Assembly (NCBI GenBank): GCA_009103225.1
Contig: RHPI01001737.1
Location: 376,223 to 440,222 of the forward strand
From: Chlorokybus atmophyticus
Taxonomy: Eukaryota > Plantae > Mesostigma and Chlorokybus algae
Reading direction: 5' to 3'
DNA: 64,000 nucleotides
Under the pieces are notes generated by a model. It was given only the letters and a program-made list of their open reading frames with translations. It had not been told where the DNA came from and did no database searches. Position numbers and translations under genes: made by a program. Below, one piece after another: positions 10,400-22,500 of the stretch. Positions within the stretch are counted from its first letter, which is position 1; every line of letters starts with the position of its first letter.

Positions 10400-12181
10400 G
10401 GACCTCATCGTCTTCGTCATCCTCCTAGCGCATGAGGTCAAAATCATTCTTGATGCTAATGGTGGTGGAGGTACGGCTACTGTTAGGCATCCAAGATGGG
10501 GATTGCATCCAGTGGTCTACCACACGACTAAGCAACCGAGGAAGCCTATTGAGGAAGTTCTATAAGCATGCGGCTGGGCTGACAAAGAACTCCGGGTTGA
10601 GAGTGTTGTCCACGAGCCACGACTGCTTGATAAGCCAGATGATCAGCTTGAGGAGCTCCCTCGGGTATACCGCACTCAAGAGCCACGAGGTCCTTCCATA
10701 GGCCTTCATGACCGGTGATTTGCTGATGCAGCTTGAGCATACCCTCCATGCAAACATTAACCCAGGAACCCATTTGTCGCGAGAGGTGGTGTTGGGTCCA
10801 GCAACACCGCTCGCGGCAGGGTGCTTCGTTACAGTCGAGGCCGTGGGTCATAAGAAAATTCCTTAATTCAACGCGTCTTGTGCTGAGCCATCGTGCCCAC
10901 ATCCCCCCTTCAGCGCGGAGGGTGTTATGCAGCATGAGCATTTACATTATTTCAGGCATGGTGCGCTCAACGTATGTGCCCAACAGCAGTTGTCGCGTGC
11001 GCAGGAGGTACAACTCGCGGTGTATATGCTCCTCTTGTTGAGCCATCCATGTCCGGATGTCGCTTGCGGTTTGAGGAGGAGACAGAAGGGAAGACACTGC
11101 CAAGTGTTGAAAGTGTGTAGCAAATGCCTCTTAGACTGATAACCAGGGCCTAGTGCACATCTTCCTCTTGAAGAGGTGCAGGTTATCAATACCTGTCTCG
11201 TTGTATGTTAAGGAAACGCATGCTTTCTTGGCGTGCGCGCACGATCTCGATCAAGGCACAGGCCATGTTCTTTGGTCGGCAATCGTTTGTACGGGCGAGA
11301 GAGTGTAGACGCGGTATCTGTGTCCATGGCCTTTAGCCATGGCGTTTCTCCGTTGCAACTTTCCATTGTAGACGCGGTGTCTGTGTCTATGGCCTTTAGC
11401 CATGGTGTTTCTCCGTTGCAACGTTCCATTGATGTCAAAGGTGCAGCGGTAGAGCTGGTTTCTCGCTCGCAATTGACTCAAGCGAGCCAGCTGCAGCGCA
11501 GTGCGCAGCCAACTGCATGCACGCATGTACTGCATGGGCCCTTAAGGCGTGGTGCGAATGTAATTGCGTGCTGTTTGTAATGCCGCGATGTGCTGAGTAT
11601 AAAGCTGAAGTTCTTGCAGAGTGGCGGAGGCATCATCGTATAGTTAGCGAAACGCAAGAGCGCCTGGCGGTGTGGGCACTGCAGGAACGGCAACTTGTGC
11701 TGGAGAAAATGGGAGCATTCGAAATTCGATATACTCAAATTAGAGAGAGCACACTAGCCTCATCTTGAAATTCATCTGGGTTGTAGGGATCGAGATCAGG
11801 GAGGGCGAAGTTGTATACCATTCGCGACGGGGGCAGAGGTTTGGGACATATTGCAGGGTCGTGGCTAACATCCACCAAACGGCGAGGGTCCCCAATGCGT
11901 GGGGCGGTTCGTAGACTACTGTCCGATTGATTGCGTAAGCTGTCGAAGACTTGATATATGACATGAGCATGACGATTCAGGGGTGTATGGAACCACGCTT
12001 GCTGCCAAGCCGTAAGGACGAGGCCTTGGTCAGGAACCAGGTGCATTCGCTGGGACAATGCGCGCACCCTTGATGTGGTGTCGTTTTTTAAACTGCGCTG
12101 CTCCAATGAGGGCAGGCAGAATTTAAACCTAAACAACAGCATGGGGTCTTCTTGGACAGTAGCGGGCACTTGTGGAGCCAT
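10400..12181 (-). pseudogene. ORF1/gag-like region of the DNMT-bearing gypsy element
   Basis: Fragmented long minus-strand frames (11735-12181, 10546-10941, 10560-10757) between the LTR-like segment and the protease. Assigned mainly by position. Confidence 0.5.
11304..11431. repeat. 63-bp tandem duplication (2 copies)
   Basis: TGTAGACGCGGT...TTCCAT at 11304 and 11367; period 63. Confidence 0.95.
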
Positions 12182-12183
12182 GC

Positions 12184-12390
12184 TGTCAAGGGCTTTTCCC
12201 TTATTTAAGGTTTTTACCTTTACATCATTTTATATAACCTTCATTGGTCAATTAAATGCCAAGCTCCATCGGTTCCTCGCTCTATGCTGGATTACGACCC
12301 TTATATGAGGCTTATTTAAGTTATGAGTCCCAACGGGTGATATCCACGATTCTACCCTAATTAGTTGATATCAACCAAACTGGTCAAAGC
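12184..12390 (-). repeat. LTR-like segment related to family B, probable 5' LTR remnant of the DNMT element
   Basis: Starts TGTCAAG and shares GGTTCCTCGC, CTTATTT and CAACGGGTG blocks with 56065-56110. TGGCTCCA (weak PBS) lies just inside on the minus strand. Confidence 0.45.
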
Positions 12391-12399
12391 TATGGCTGT

Positions 12400-15300
12400 T
12401 AGTGAGTGGGGGAACAGGGGTTCTTGACACGACAGTCACGGCGGCGGCATGGGTAGGGTCGTTGGCGTGGGTGTTGGGGTAGAGGATTTAAGGGGGAGTT
12501 GGCATTTCTCCCTTTACACATGCGTTCCACGCTCTCAATAGAGGGCCACACCACGGGCCAGGGAGTGGTGTCACTATGTTGTTGCAATTGCCTTCTAGAT
12601 TCTTGGCGCCTAGCGTCTACATCCGGTGGAGGGTGCCCCGCTCTCGCCCTACGTTCATCGGCCTCGCGCGCATCTCTAAGGTTTCAACTCTGCTAGCCGA
12701 AGCGAGCCAGCGCTGGTGCATGATGGTTTCATCAGATGAGAGCGGGAGACGCTCAAAGGTAGGTGGTCGCAAGGGTTAAAAGTGAGGAGAGTTGTGGCAA
12801 GCGACAATAATTTGATTAGCCATTTCCAACTAAAGGTGGCGCAGTATGTCAGGACAACCATCCTCGTCCTCTGCTCGCTCGGAGTGATCTATCAAAAAGG
12901 CATGGGTGATGAGGGTGATGGCTCAATAGCAAGCATTGGCCACCATGAACGGTGACCGGTTAATCATGGCTTGGGTTAGGTCGTCCTCTCAATCTTCGTG
13001 CACGTTAGTCTGTTTCGTATTTGTAAGACTGGTTTATGACCTGCAACACGAATCCCCAGACTTGCCTAGTGATGAGCCCTCACAGGGGGTGCTCATTAAA
13101 GGGCCCGACGGGGGTAGGGCGGTAAGCTTGGGCCAGTCGCTCCGCAAATTCGATTACACAATCTGTGAGGGATTTCCCCATCCCGCGGCAACTTGCAAAA
13201 CGAGGAGTGTGGGGAAGTGTGAACCCAATTCAGCTATGCTGTTTGCACCTCCCCCCATCGTTAAAGGTGTCCTTCCGTGCAGGCCTCCAGGTTGGTGACG
13301 ATTGGAGGCGGCGGGATCTGGTCTGTTCCAGGTGCATGAACAGCCCGACCCGCTCTTTTGCTAGGGCCAAGGTGGTGAGCTCAGGGTAGGTGATCAGAGA
13401 AGGGGCATCAACTGGTTTTGGAGTGGTGGTGGTAGACCGCCAAAAGCAATAGGTCGGTGAAGTGATTACAGCAGCTGCAATTGGCTGTACCCTTGCCGGT
13501 TTTGCAGTGACGGTGTTAATGCTTGGCCGAATAGGGGTGGTACTGGCAGGAGCTGCAAGGGCTTCAGATGATGACTCAAGTTGCTCAGCAGCCGTGCTAG
13601 TACCGGCCGCAGCGGCGACAGGTTGTGAGCCACTCCAAAGTCTCCGTGGGGGTGGCGAAGGTGACCGACCCAATGGGAGATGTGGTAGCACACGATGAGC
13701 TGCCCTAACAAACCGCGTGTAGGGCCGGGAGATGATGAGCGAGCGGGTTAGCACTGGTCGAGTAACTGAGCAAGTTGACAGCTGACTCCAAGCACATCTC
13801 TGCGGCCACGAAGATCTTCTATATTTCCCAAGAGGCCGTCCCGTTCGCTGTGCAGGTCAGGGTTGCCCCAAGCAACAGCTGCGACTTTCAAAGTTGGCGG
13901 GGAATTTGCCTCCAGCCTTGTGGCCGTTGATAGTGCTGATGTTGCCTTTGCCCATGTGATTGTTGGCGCCGGCTGACGAGAGGGTTCTTTTGAGGGCTTC
14001 CCTCAACTCAACATGCAATGTGTAGCACACCGCTTCAAGGTACCCGTCCATGCCGCAGTGAGTGCAATGGGCGTCAGCACGTTGCATTGAGCACTCCTTT
14101 ATAAAGTGCTCCTCTTCGCCACACCTGTGGCAGATCGGGTGAGGGTAGTCCTCAAAGCGGACCGCGACGTGAGCAGTACGCGCGTGCTTGAGCTGAGTTG
14201 AGGTTGAGTCTGGAGGTTGCCACTACTGCGATAAGTGAGACCGCTGATCTTCAGAGCAGGTTGTTCCTGCATTAGGTCTTTTTGCCAATTCATGGCGCTA
14301 CTGTAAGCGCGCCTTGGTGTGTAGTTGGCTTTGCCGCAGAGTTTGTCCTCAACATGGTTGTGCAGCGGTGGGTCTAGGTTCTCCACGTACACATGTGCCA
14401 GATAAAAGGGATTGACCAGTGGCATCTCGTTCAGGGTGGTGTCCTCCACTAGGCTGACGCGTGCATAAAACTGAACGGGTGTTTCGCTGGTCTTCCTTCT
14501 GAGCCTAATAAGCTCATGTGCCTTTTCAGCGGTGTAAGCTGGGAAGCATTGGTTCAATCGACTCGTTCATCGGATGAACCAGGTCCGGCTATGAGGACAG
14601 TGGTGCTGTCTCAATGGGGATGTCCTCCGCAGCTTGTGTTTGCAGAACTGCAAGGTGTGGTGCAGCAAGAGGTGCTGCCGCAAGGGTGAGGGCGTCGGCG
14701 ACAGGTGCGCTGCATCGTTTGTCGAAAGCCTCGTTGGTCTCGTCTGCTCCTATCTTAGGTACCACAAATAATGGCGTGGCAGCGATGGTGCCGGTCATGC
14801 TGCTGCCGGTGTCGATCACCTCCGCATGAGGAGATACGTGTTCCCGTGGAGTGCGCAAGGTGACAGAGGGTAAAGCCCGGAGGGCACCCAGCCTCGGCAG
14901 CCGATATGGTAGGACCCGAAGAAGAGCCAGAGCGGAGAAGAATTTCATCTTCGAGCAGGTTGTGTGCAGAGACAACCTCATGCCATACGGCTAATGCCAC
15001 GTCATTAAGATAATTAGCGACAATGAGGAAATTCTGCAGGTGGTTCCATTCCCCCTTTGCTCGTGTCTTCACTGTCAGGGTGATAGAGTTGAAGCGGATG
15101 AGCCACTCCTTTAATTAGTGTATTGGAGCCAGCAGCGCCGGTGAAGACAAGCTTCCTGCCACTGCCACTGCCTCCGCAACAGCTGCGAGTGTCATTGGTG
15201 GCTGCCATGTCTTTGCTTTCAAAGCTGTGGTCGCGACAGAGAGGAGGACAGATGCCTGCAGCAGCGAGTGGGTCGGATTCACCCACTTGTTCTTTTGGTT
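12400..15300 (-). pseudogene. Retrotransposon gag remnant with zinc knuckle
   Basis: ELIRLRRKTSETPVQFYARV...LAHVYVENLDPPL (gag-like, 14099-14557) and CTHCGMDGYLEAVC (CCHC with H>Y, 14025-14066). The downstream frames are unclassified. Confidence 0.6.
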
Positions 15301-16279
15301 AAGAGGAGGAATCCGGTGTGAAGTCCACTAACGGGGTAGCAGGGTTGGCTCGCCTCCAACCTCCAATGATCTTGCTTGTTGGGTCTCTCAGATGAGTCCG
15401 TGACTCCTGAGACACATGCATACATATGCAACGAACATGAGCAAGGCAAAACAAGCAAAAACATCTTAAGCGGTGACTTAAGAGCTGTGGTGTAAGTTGC
15501 AAGTCAACAAGCTCCTTATACTGAGGATGCATGTGAACAAGCATACAGCAGGCATGCGAGGGTGTTCGTGCGTAGTTTGAATTAGCTAAGTAAAGCAAGT
15601 TTACGTTCTGCAAGCACTTAACAACCGTGCGCTAGTGGATGCTTGTAATTGCCAAGGCGGCTGTGAAAGGCATGCAAAGTACCGTGTACGAGGTGCAGTC
15701 CACAAGCCATTGGGCAGTGGCCACGCCACAGGCTCAACAGCAATGCACAAGGGCAACGCAGAACAACAAAGAGTAGGCCAAGGCAGGGGGAAAAGTATAC
15801 GACAAGGGTTCCAAGGTGTCCATTTTTGCAAGTTTTAGGCTCACATAAAGCAGCGTGCATGCATGCAATCTGCCTAAGCTGATGTGACTTCTTAAAAGTC
15901 TTATGTGTAACGCCGCTGCTTCCGTGCCAGTCCGCTTACTTGCAACTTACTGCCGACTTCCTTGTTAGGGTTTGCCTAAGGGAGCCGTCGATGTTGGCCG
16001 CTGCCATAAGCTCTCACTGCTAATTGGTTCGCATGAAAGGGGCGTCGATGGGTCTCGTTACGCTAGCTGCCGGGGGATGGATCGGGGGAACCGGTTCGGG
16101 TGATCCAGATGCTAGGGCAGAGGGCACAAGGAGTGCGAGGGAAGTGCGTGTTAAGGGCTGCTACCGTGACAAATATAGCTCGTCGCGCAAGTAGGCATTG
16201 AGAGCAGCGATCATAATTGTTGAGCATGAACTTGCTGCAACAAATGCGTGCATGTTTTATTGAATAACTTCATACCAAG

Positions 16280-16950
16280 TACAACCTATGAAGGGCGCAT
16301 CTCATCGATTAGATGAAAGGCAACGCCACCATTTTATACAATCTACTTTTGTGGCGTTGCCCTCAATGTCCTTCAAAGTCATGAAAAGCGCCCTTGAGTA
16401 TTACATTCTGTATCAAGATGCTCAACAAACCATGCAGGCGCAACCGTTGCAGCAAGGTCACCTCGGTTTGCGGTGTGCACGGTGTAAATGTGTCAGAACT
16501 TTAAGACAGACTTTGGTAACATAATTAAATATTACAAGCTGTTTACTCTTTGTATAATGTCATGATGAAAGCATTGTCTTCAAAACGCCCTTGTGAGGCT
16601 TGCATCTAGTGTAGATAATAAACCATTCATGCCTATCCGTTGCGGCAAGTTAACACTCAACGGCGTTTAGACGCGTCAATTTCAATATTAATCTTTAAGC
16701 TATACAAAGGCGTTCTTGAGGGGCTTGCATTGTGTATGAAGACAGACACTCAATGAATGCAGGCGCATGTTGTGGTATATATGTAAGGTTGGTAAAAATG
16801 TTTGAGTTAAAAAGTTTTTAATTCAAGCCATGAAATGCGCCCTTGAGGGGCTTGCACTCTATAGCAACGTACGCAACGAACCATGCAGGCACCCATTGCA
16901 GCAAGTTGACAGCAATTGGTGCTTCATTGTATCATTGATACTTGCAACAT
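16280..16950. repeat. Degenerate dispersed tandem repeat
   Basis: Recurrent GCGCCCTTGAG(GGGCTTGCA) and ATGCAGGCGCA blocks near 16385, 16585, 16710 and 16838. Confidence 0.55.
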
Positions 16951-16996
16951 CATATAATATGGTGTTGCAAGTTTAATATCGGATTCGCGCTTACAA

Positions 16997-18433
16997 TGTA
17001 ACGCTAGCCCAAGCTTAACACACTTGTATCATACCTGAAAAACGCTATGTAACTCACAACGCCCACATGCACACTTGTGCACGAGGCTACTCATGTGCAG
17101 TCTTCTCACATCACTCACTAGCTAACAACAGTCACTCTCAACTTGCGCTAGGCTATGCCACTTTGTAGCCCTCTTGGCATTAAGATAGAAGTAACGCCAC
17201 CCTAGGCTTGAACACTTAGTTCTCGTCTAAGAGGGTCTTGCACTCTCCTTCGTGCACGCAGTTGCACTCAAGTGCAAGCACTCTCTTACCGTGAAAACAG
17301 TCCCCTACAAGTTTTAGCAACGTACACACACTCACACACAAGTGTTAGTGCTCTCACACCGTGCATACACTTACACACTAGTGATAGCAACCGGCACGCA
17401 CTTACACACAAGTGTTAGCACTCTCACACCGTGCATACACTCATGCACAAGTGCAAATGCTATCTTCACCGTGCATACACTCACACACAAGTGTTACACA
17501 AGGACAAGCTTCACTCCTTGACGTTGAAGAGCTTTGGCCTCTCACTCGAACACCCCACGTGAAGTCCCACACGAGCGAGCACGCCAAGGCAAGGTAGACT
17601 CAAGTCTCCAATCCCCTCCTTGCCTACTGAGCATGCTCACTTATATACCCCAAGTGCCTTATCTTAGCCGCGAAGGGTAGTGGGTGTTTCCACCAATGGT
17701 GCCTCCTTCAGACCTAATGTAATCGAAGGCAGCCAACCACCTTGTGACAAGCACTCTTGCACTTGCCCACTAGGCTCACACCAACTTGGTGTGAGCCTGA
17801 AGACGAATCATCTTGAAGGATATCTTACCCCTAGGTATAAGCAACCAATGAGATTGTACTATGATCTCGGGTGACCACACAGTGTTGTGGCCACAGAGTG
17901 TAGATATCCGTCTCTGTTATATCGGTATTGCAATATACAATATTAGCATACTTCTGTGCAAAATCCGCAGCTGCCTCTTCTGGCACTTTCGAGAGAAGTG
18001 CACGTGTATTATCCACATTGTCTTCTACGATGTGGACATCCATTGCTAAGATATCCGCATTCTTCTGCGCGAGATCAATGCTGGAATCTTCTAGTCTTCT
18101 TTAGACACGAGTCTATGCGATATTAACATCGTTGCTGTGATATCATCATTTGTATCTTGCATATCCACAATTATGTGCAAGATATCAACATTCTTAAATG
18201 TTTTTGCTTGAATAATAAACACATCTGCATATTAGACATTTGTGGCTAACTAGCCCACATTAATGTCCATACCATAAACACCTGCGTATAAGATGTCAAC
18301 ATCTATAATGTAGACATTTGTGGCTAACTGTTCCACATTAAATTCTGTCTTGTAGCAGCAAGCACACATGCTTGTTGATTGACTACCTCACGTATGTCCA
18401 AGCACTGAGAGCGTAACTACTAGCCGCGTTACA
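16997..18433 (-). repeat. 3' LTR (1437 bp)
   Basis: TG...CA termini; direct repeat of 26970-28343; PPT adjacent. Confidence 0.95.
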
Positions 18434-18669
18434 CTCCTCCCCACCTACTTTGTGACAATCTCCGTCACATACATTACGGTTGAGAAGCAACGGGACATGA
18501 AGGTGGCCAACCTTCATGATTGCTCTCTCGTGGGTGCACCCTTACTTGGTAGGCTGGGCTTAGGGTTGTGCCCGCTTTGTGCACATGTATGAAAAGGCAT
18601 GTTAGCTATGGCACGAGGTAGCTATGCTTAGGTTAGGTCTCCATGCGTTGCAAGGAACTCATGCATCAA

Positions 18670-19590
18670 ATATTTGCAATTTCCCAAGTGCTTTTCTACG
18701 ACTTATGAGTTGCGTTCTACACCATAGCCCTTCCATTACAAGGTACTCGGGAGAATGGTTTCCAACAGGAGGATGGGGTGCCAATATCGCCTCCACCTCA
18801 TAATCCCACTCACTATTTATCAACTCACGTAGAGGTGGGGGTTGAACTCTTCCATCACTCTTGTACTACAGAGTAGTACTCCCTTAGAAACGACACATAA
18901 AACACGTCATGCATCTTAAAGTGCTCCAAGAGGCGAAGCTTATACACCACGGCACCAATGAGATTAAGCACCTCGAAAGAGCCAATCCACTTGGGTAGAA
19001 GCTTCTTACTTCTTCGACTCTTGATCCGTATGTTTTTCGTGCTAAGCAACACATGTTGCCCAACACTAAACACTACGTCCCCGCGATCCTTGTCGGCAAA
19101 GTTATTTTGGCGGCTTTGAATAGAGGCCTTACCTTTGCTTAGCACATCTTGTATACGTGCAGCAAGCTCTGCCTACGGCCGGTTCCCTTGCCTTTTTGCC
19201 GAAAATCTTTTCATTAGGCGCACAAGGATGTTTGCCAAGGTTCAAGAAAAAGGGACGCTCCTTCACCGATTCTTGATAAGCCGAGTTTATGCCGAACTCA
19301 ACACATCTAGTAGCTCATCCCAATTATCTTAGCTTGCCGACACATACCGTCGTAAGGCTTGTTCCAAGTTCTATTCATCTTCTCCGTTTGTCCGTTACTT
19401 TAAGGATGGTATGCGGTGGACATGGATTGCTTAATCCCTAGTGTCTTACACATACTCTTCCAAAATGCTCCCATGAATCTCGGCCTTTCTATTCGAGACA
19501 ACCCCTCGAAGAGTCCATGAAGCTTATATAAACGTTTGCCATGAACGACCAAGCAAACTCAACCGCATTGATCTCCACACAAACACGGCT
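18670..19590 (-). pseudogene. Integrase C-terminal half, SH3-like domain and chromodomain
   Basis: KLHGLFEGVVSNR..FWKS; KKLLPKWIGSFEV..YKLRL; YEVEAILA...EYLV/WKGYGVERNS. Confidence 0.9.
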
Positions 19591-19599
19591 TGACGTTCG

Positions 19600-22500
19600 C
19601 GGGCCATGTATGGTCCTTCCACCGGGTGCGTGGTCCCCGGGGGACGGACCGTCCATGGTTCTTTTGGGACTCCAATACAGTCTACCCCCGTTATAAGAAT
19701 CACGTTAATCTTTCAGCTTTTCATTCCACTAACGGGGTTATTCTCTTGGCGCTTATAAGATTATATATTCTTTTGTTATTTAAAGAATATATATTCTGTT
19801 AATGGGGTTATTGACCGATAACCTTAAGCCACGTCATCATTTGCTGACGTGGCAAGACTTAAATTTATATTTCCTCTATAAACCATACAATACAATATAT
19901 AAACTTTATGATTTAAGATGATTTTTATATAATTATTTTAATATCAACAAGACAATCATGCCATTAACAAGGTATCCCCCCGTACAAGACTGAGCCCACT
20001 TAAATTTTCAATTTTAGTCTTATTACGTACAAGACTATTTCACTAACCGAAGATATTTGCCTATAAAACCATTGGTCTTTTGATAATCCATGATCTTAGC
20101 GGGGTTATTCCCTTAAAGCGAAGTCTTTTAACGGGGGTAGACTTCACCTGGCGCGCACCATGCAGACCAGGAACGTGCCTGGTCCGTGGCCGGACCAGGC
20201 ACGTCCCTGGTCTGCATACGCACTAGCCTCTGAACCATGCATGGTCCTGTCATGTCTCTGCTACAATGGTCCTGGAAGTACGGGACCTTGCCTGGTGCGT
20301 TGCACCTCGCCGCAAGCGCAGCATGCCTGATTTGTACGTTAGGGTTACGACGTGTAGTTGCTCATGGCGCTGGAGAGAGTGGTGGTGGCGGCGGCGGCAA
20401 GCCTTGCCGCCTTGAAGCGGTGATTGTTGTTGGGTTAGCAACTGACTTTGCTAGGACTGACTGCACAAGCAATGGTGCACAATTCTAGCCGCTGGTGTGT
20501 TCGTTCATGCATGCGCATGCACATGCAGCAATGCTGCTGCTAGAGCGACTGCCGTTATTACGTTGTTAAGTCTCCGAAGCAGTGATTGATGCTGCTTGTT
20601 CGTTGGCTTGCTCCCAGCAGCTGTCGCTGCTGTTATCGCAGCAATGGGCCATTGATGATTGCTGCTACCGGCAGCTATTGTTGTCGTTCAAGTTGGCTTA
20701 CTGCTGTCACTGTTGACGTTGTCCGCTATGTCACTACAGTCTTTGGAAGTTGTTATCCAAAACCGACACTGCTGCTGCATGTAGTAGTCGCTACTACACG
20801 ACAGTCGTCCACAATACCAGCTGCATTGCAGCAAGTAGCTGCTGCAATGGTGTCATTGTTGTCAACGTTTTGTGATAGTTGCAGCCTCTGCAGGACAGCC
20901 GCTGCTCTTGCGACGGCGACTATTCTATTGTTATTGCTTCTCTGAAACTGAGGTTCTTGCAGGCCCTGCAACTACTGCGTACCGATAACTTTTGCCACAA
21001 GATTCAGTGAAGCATTGGTCTTTGTGCATTTGCTTTCACACACAACGAGGAGCGTCTAGGCTCAATACTAGGCAATTTTACATCAAGTCAATGCAACGGA
21101 AAAACACAGGAAGTGCTGTGGCACAGTGAGGTACTTTGCACAATATGTATACACAGAGGTGTACTGTCCCACTCCCCTCTCCCCCCCGCCCTCATTCTCC
21201 TTCTTACCCAACACTGTTGGGCGAGAGGGGAGACTCAGTACCCACCAGCCCCTTCCGTTGACTGATGTAGGCGTCGACTGTTGGTCTATCCACCTAACAG
21301 TCCCTTCTGTCAACTGTTGAGAGCCAATAGTCCATGGCAGTCGTGCGCCAACCATGTAGCAAGGTACGCGCATAGCTCCGCTGCTCTCCACCGTTTTACG
21401 CATGCAATCGCGCAGACCGAGGAGGACACCAGCGGGGCGGACTTGTTGCTGCTGCTGGTAAGCCTTACACTGAGTATAAGGCTGCTTGTGTACATACACA
21501 TACATGCGCACACACGCGGTCACACGCTTGCGCATGCACTTGCAATGACTTGTGACTCGCAGTTGTTCAAGCACTAGTAGTATGGCACCCGCACACACGC
21601 ACTCGCATGCCTTTTCTTAATTTCAGTCCCCTCTCTCTCCCTCCTCCCTCGTCCCCTCTCACCCAACAGTCCCTTCTGAAGCCCATTGACAGCCCTTCCC
21701 TTGGCAGTCCTTGGCTGTTGGCTGTCGACCAACAGTCGGGGACTGTTGGTCGACCCAGCCCTTCCCGCGACATCCCTGTCAACCTACATCCCTAGAGTTA
21801 GGGACGGACAGTCCAAGACTGTCGCGCGCCAACCATCCAGCACGTCTGCAATCCGCCCTTGATCTATCGTTTGCGCATGCATGGCGATTGCGCAGACGAG
21901 GAGGGCTCTCCATTGCACAGATGAGTACCCTTTTGTTAAGCACATACTGACCTAGTTGTACACTCATTAAGATTATTAGCACACTGCATTATTTATACGC
22001 ACGCACATAATGTAGGCACGTGAGCACCCATTTTTCAACCACAGCACATACGCACATGTTGACTCCTACCATGCATAGGTCTACATAAGTGAGTGCACTT
22101 ACATACAAGGACGCGCACAGGCCGCACACACCAGCCAATGCTGACTGCAGCTAAAAGCAACGCCCCATCCCCTGTGATGACCCGCCGAACAAGTAACCAA
22201 GTAAGTTTTTTTACAGCCATTTGTCGACAGCCCCCCCCTCCTTTCTCTCCCCCCGAAGTGCAGTCATGCACCAACATATGCACAGTCATACGCATGCTTA
22301 CGCACAACAACGCGAGCGCATACAAACAGTGACAGTCGCTCAACCTTACGCACGCATGTGCATGCACAGTTGTATACGCTTACTCGCATACACACGCGTG
22401 CAGGCCATGCAACTTACTACATCTATGACTGCCGCTTCTGTCCTGGGGGACAACCGGGCTACTGAAGGACACACCACCGCGCACCGGTGGAATGTGTAGT

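Noticed and set aside
9400-10400. DIRS/tyrosine recombinase element
   Set aside because: No R-H-R-Y motifs found; the frame fits an aspartic protease, and the element has a DDE integrase.
15906-16171. Solo LTR (TGTAAC...GTGACA)
   Set aside because: Flanks TTATG and AATAT do not match and no second copy was seen.
20300-21000. CAG/CTG-rich ORFs
   Set aside because: Degenerate trinucleotide low complexity, with stops in all long frames.
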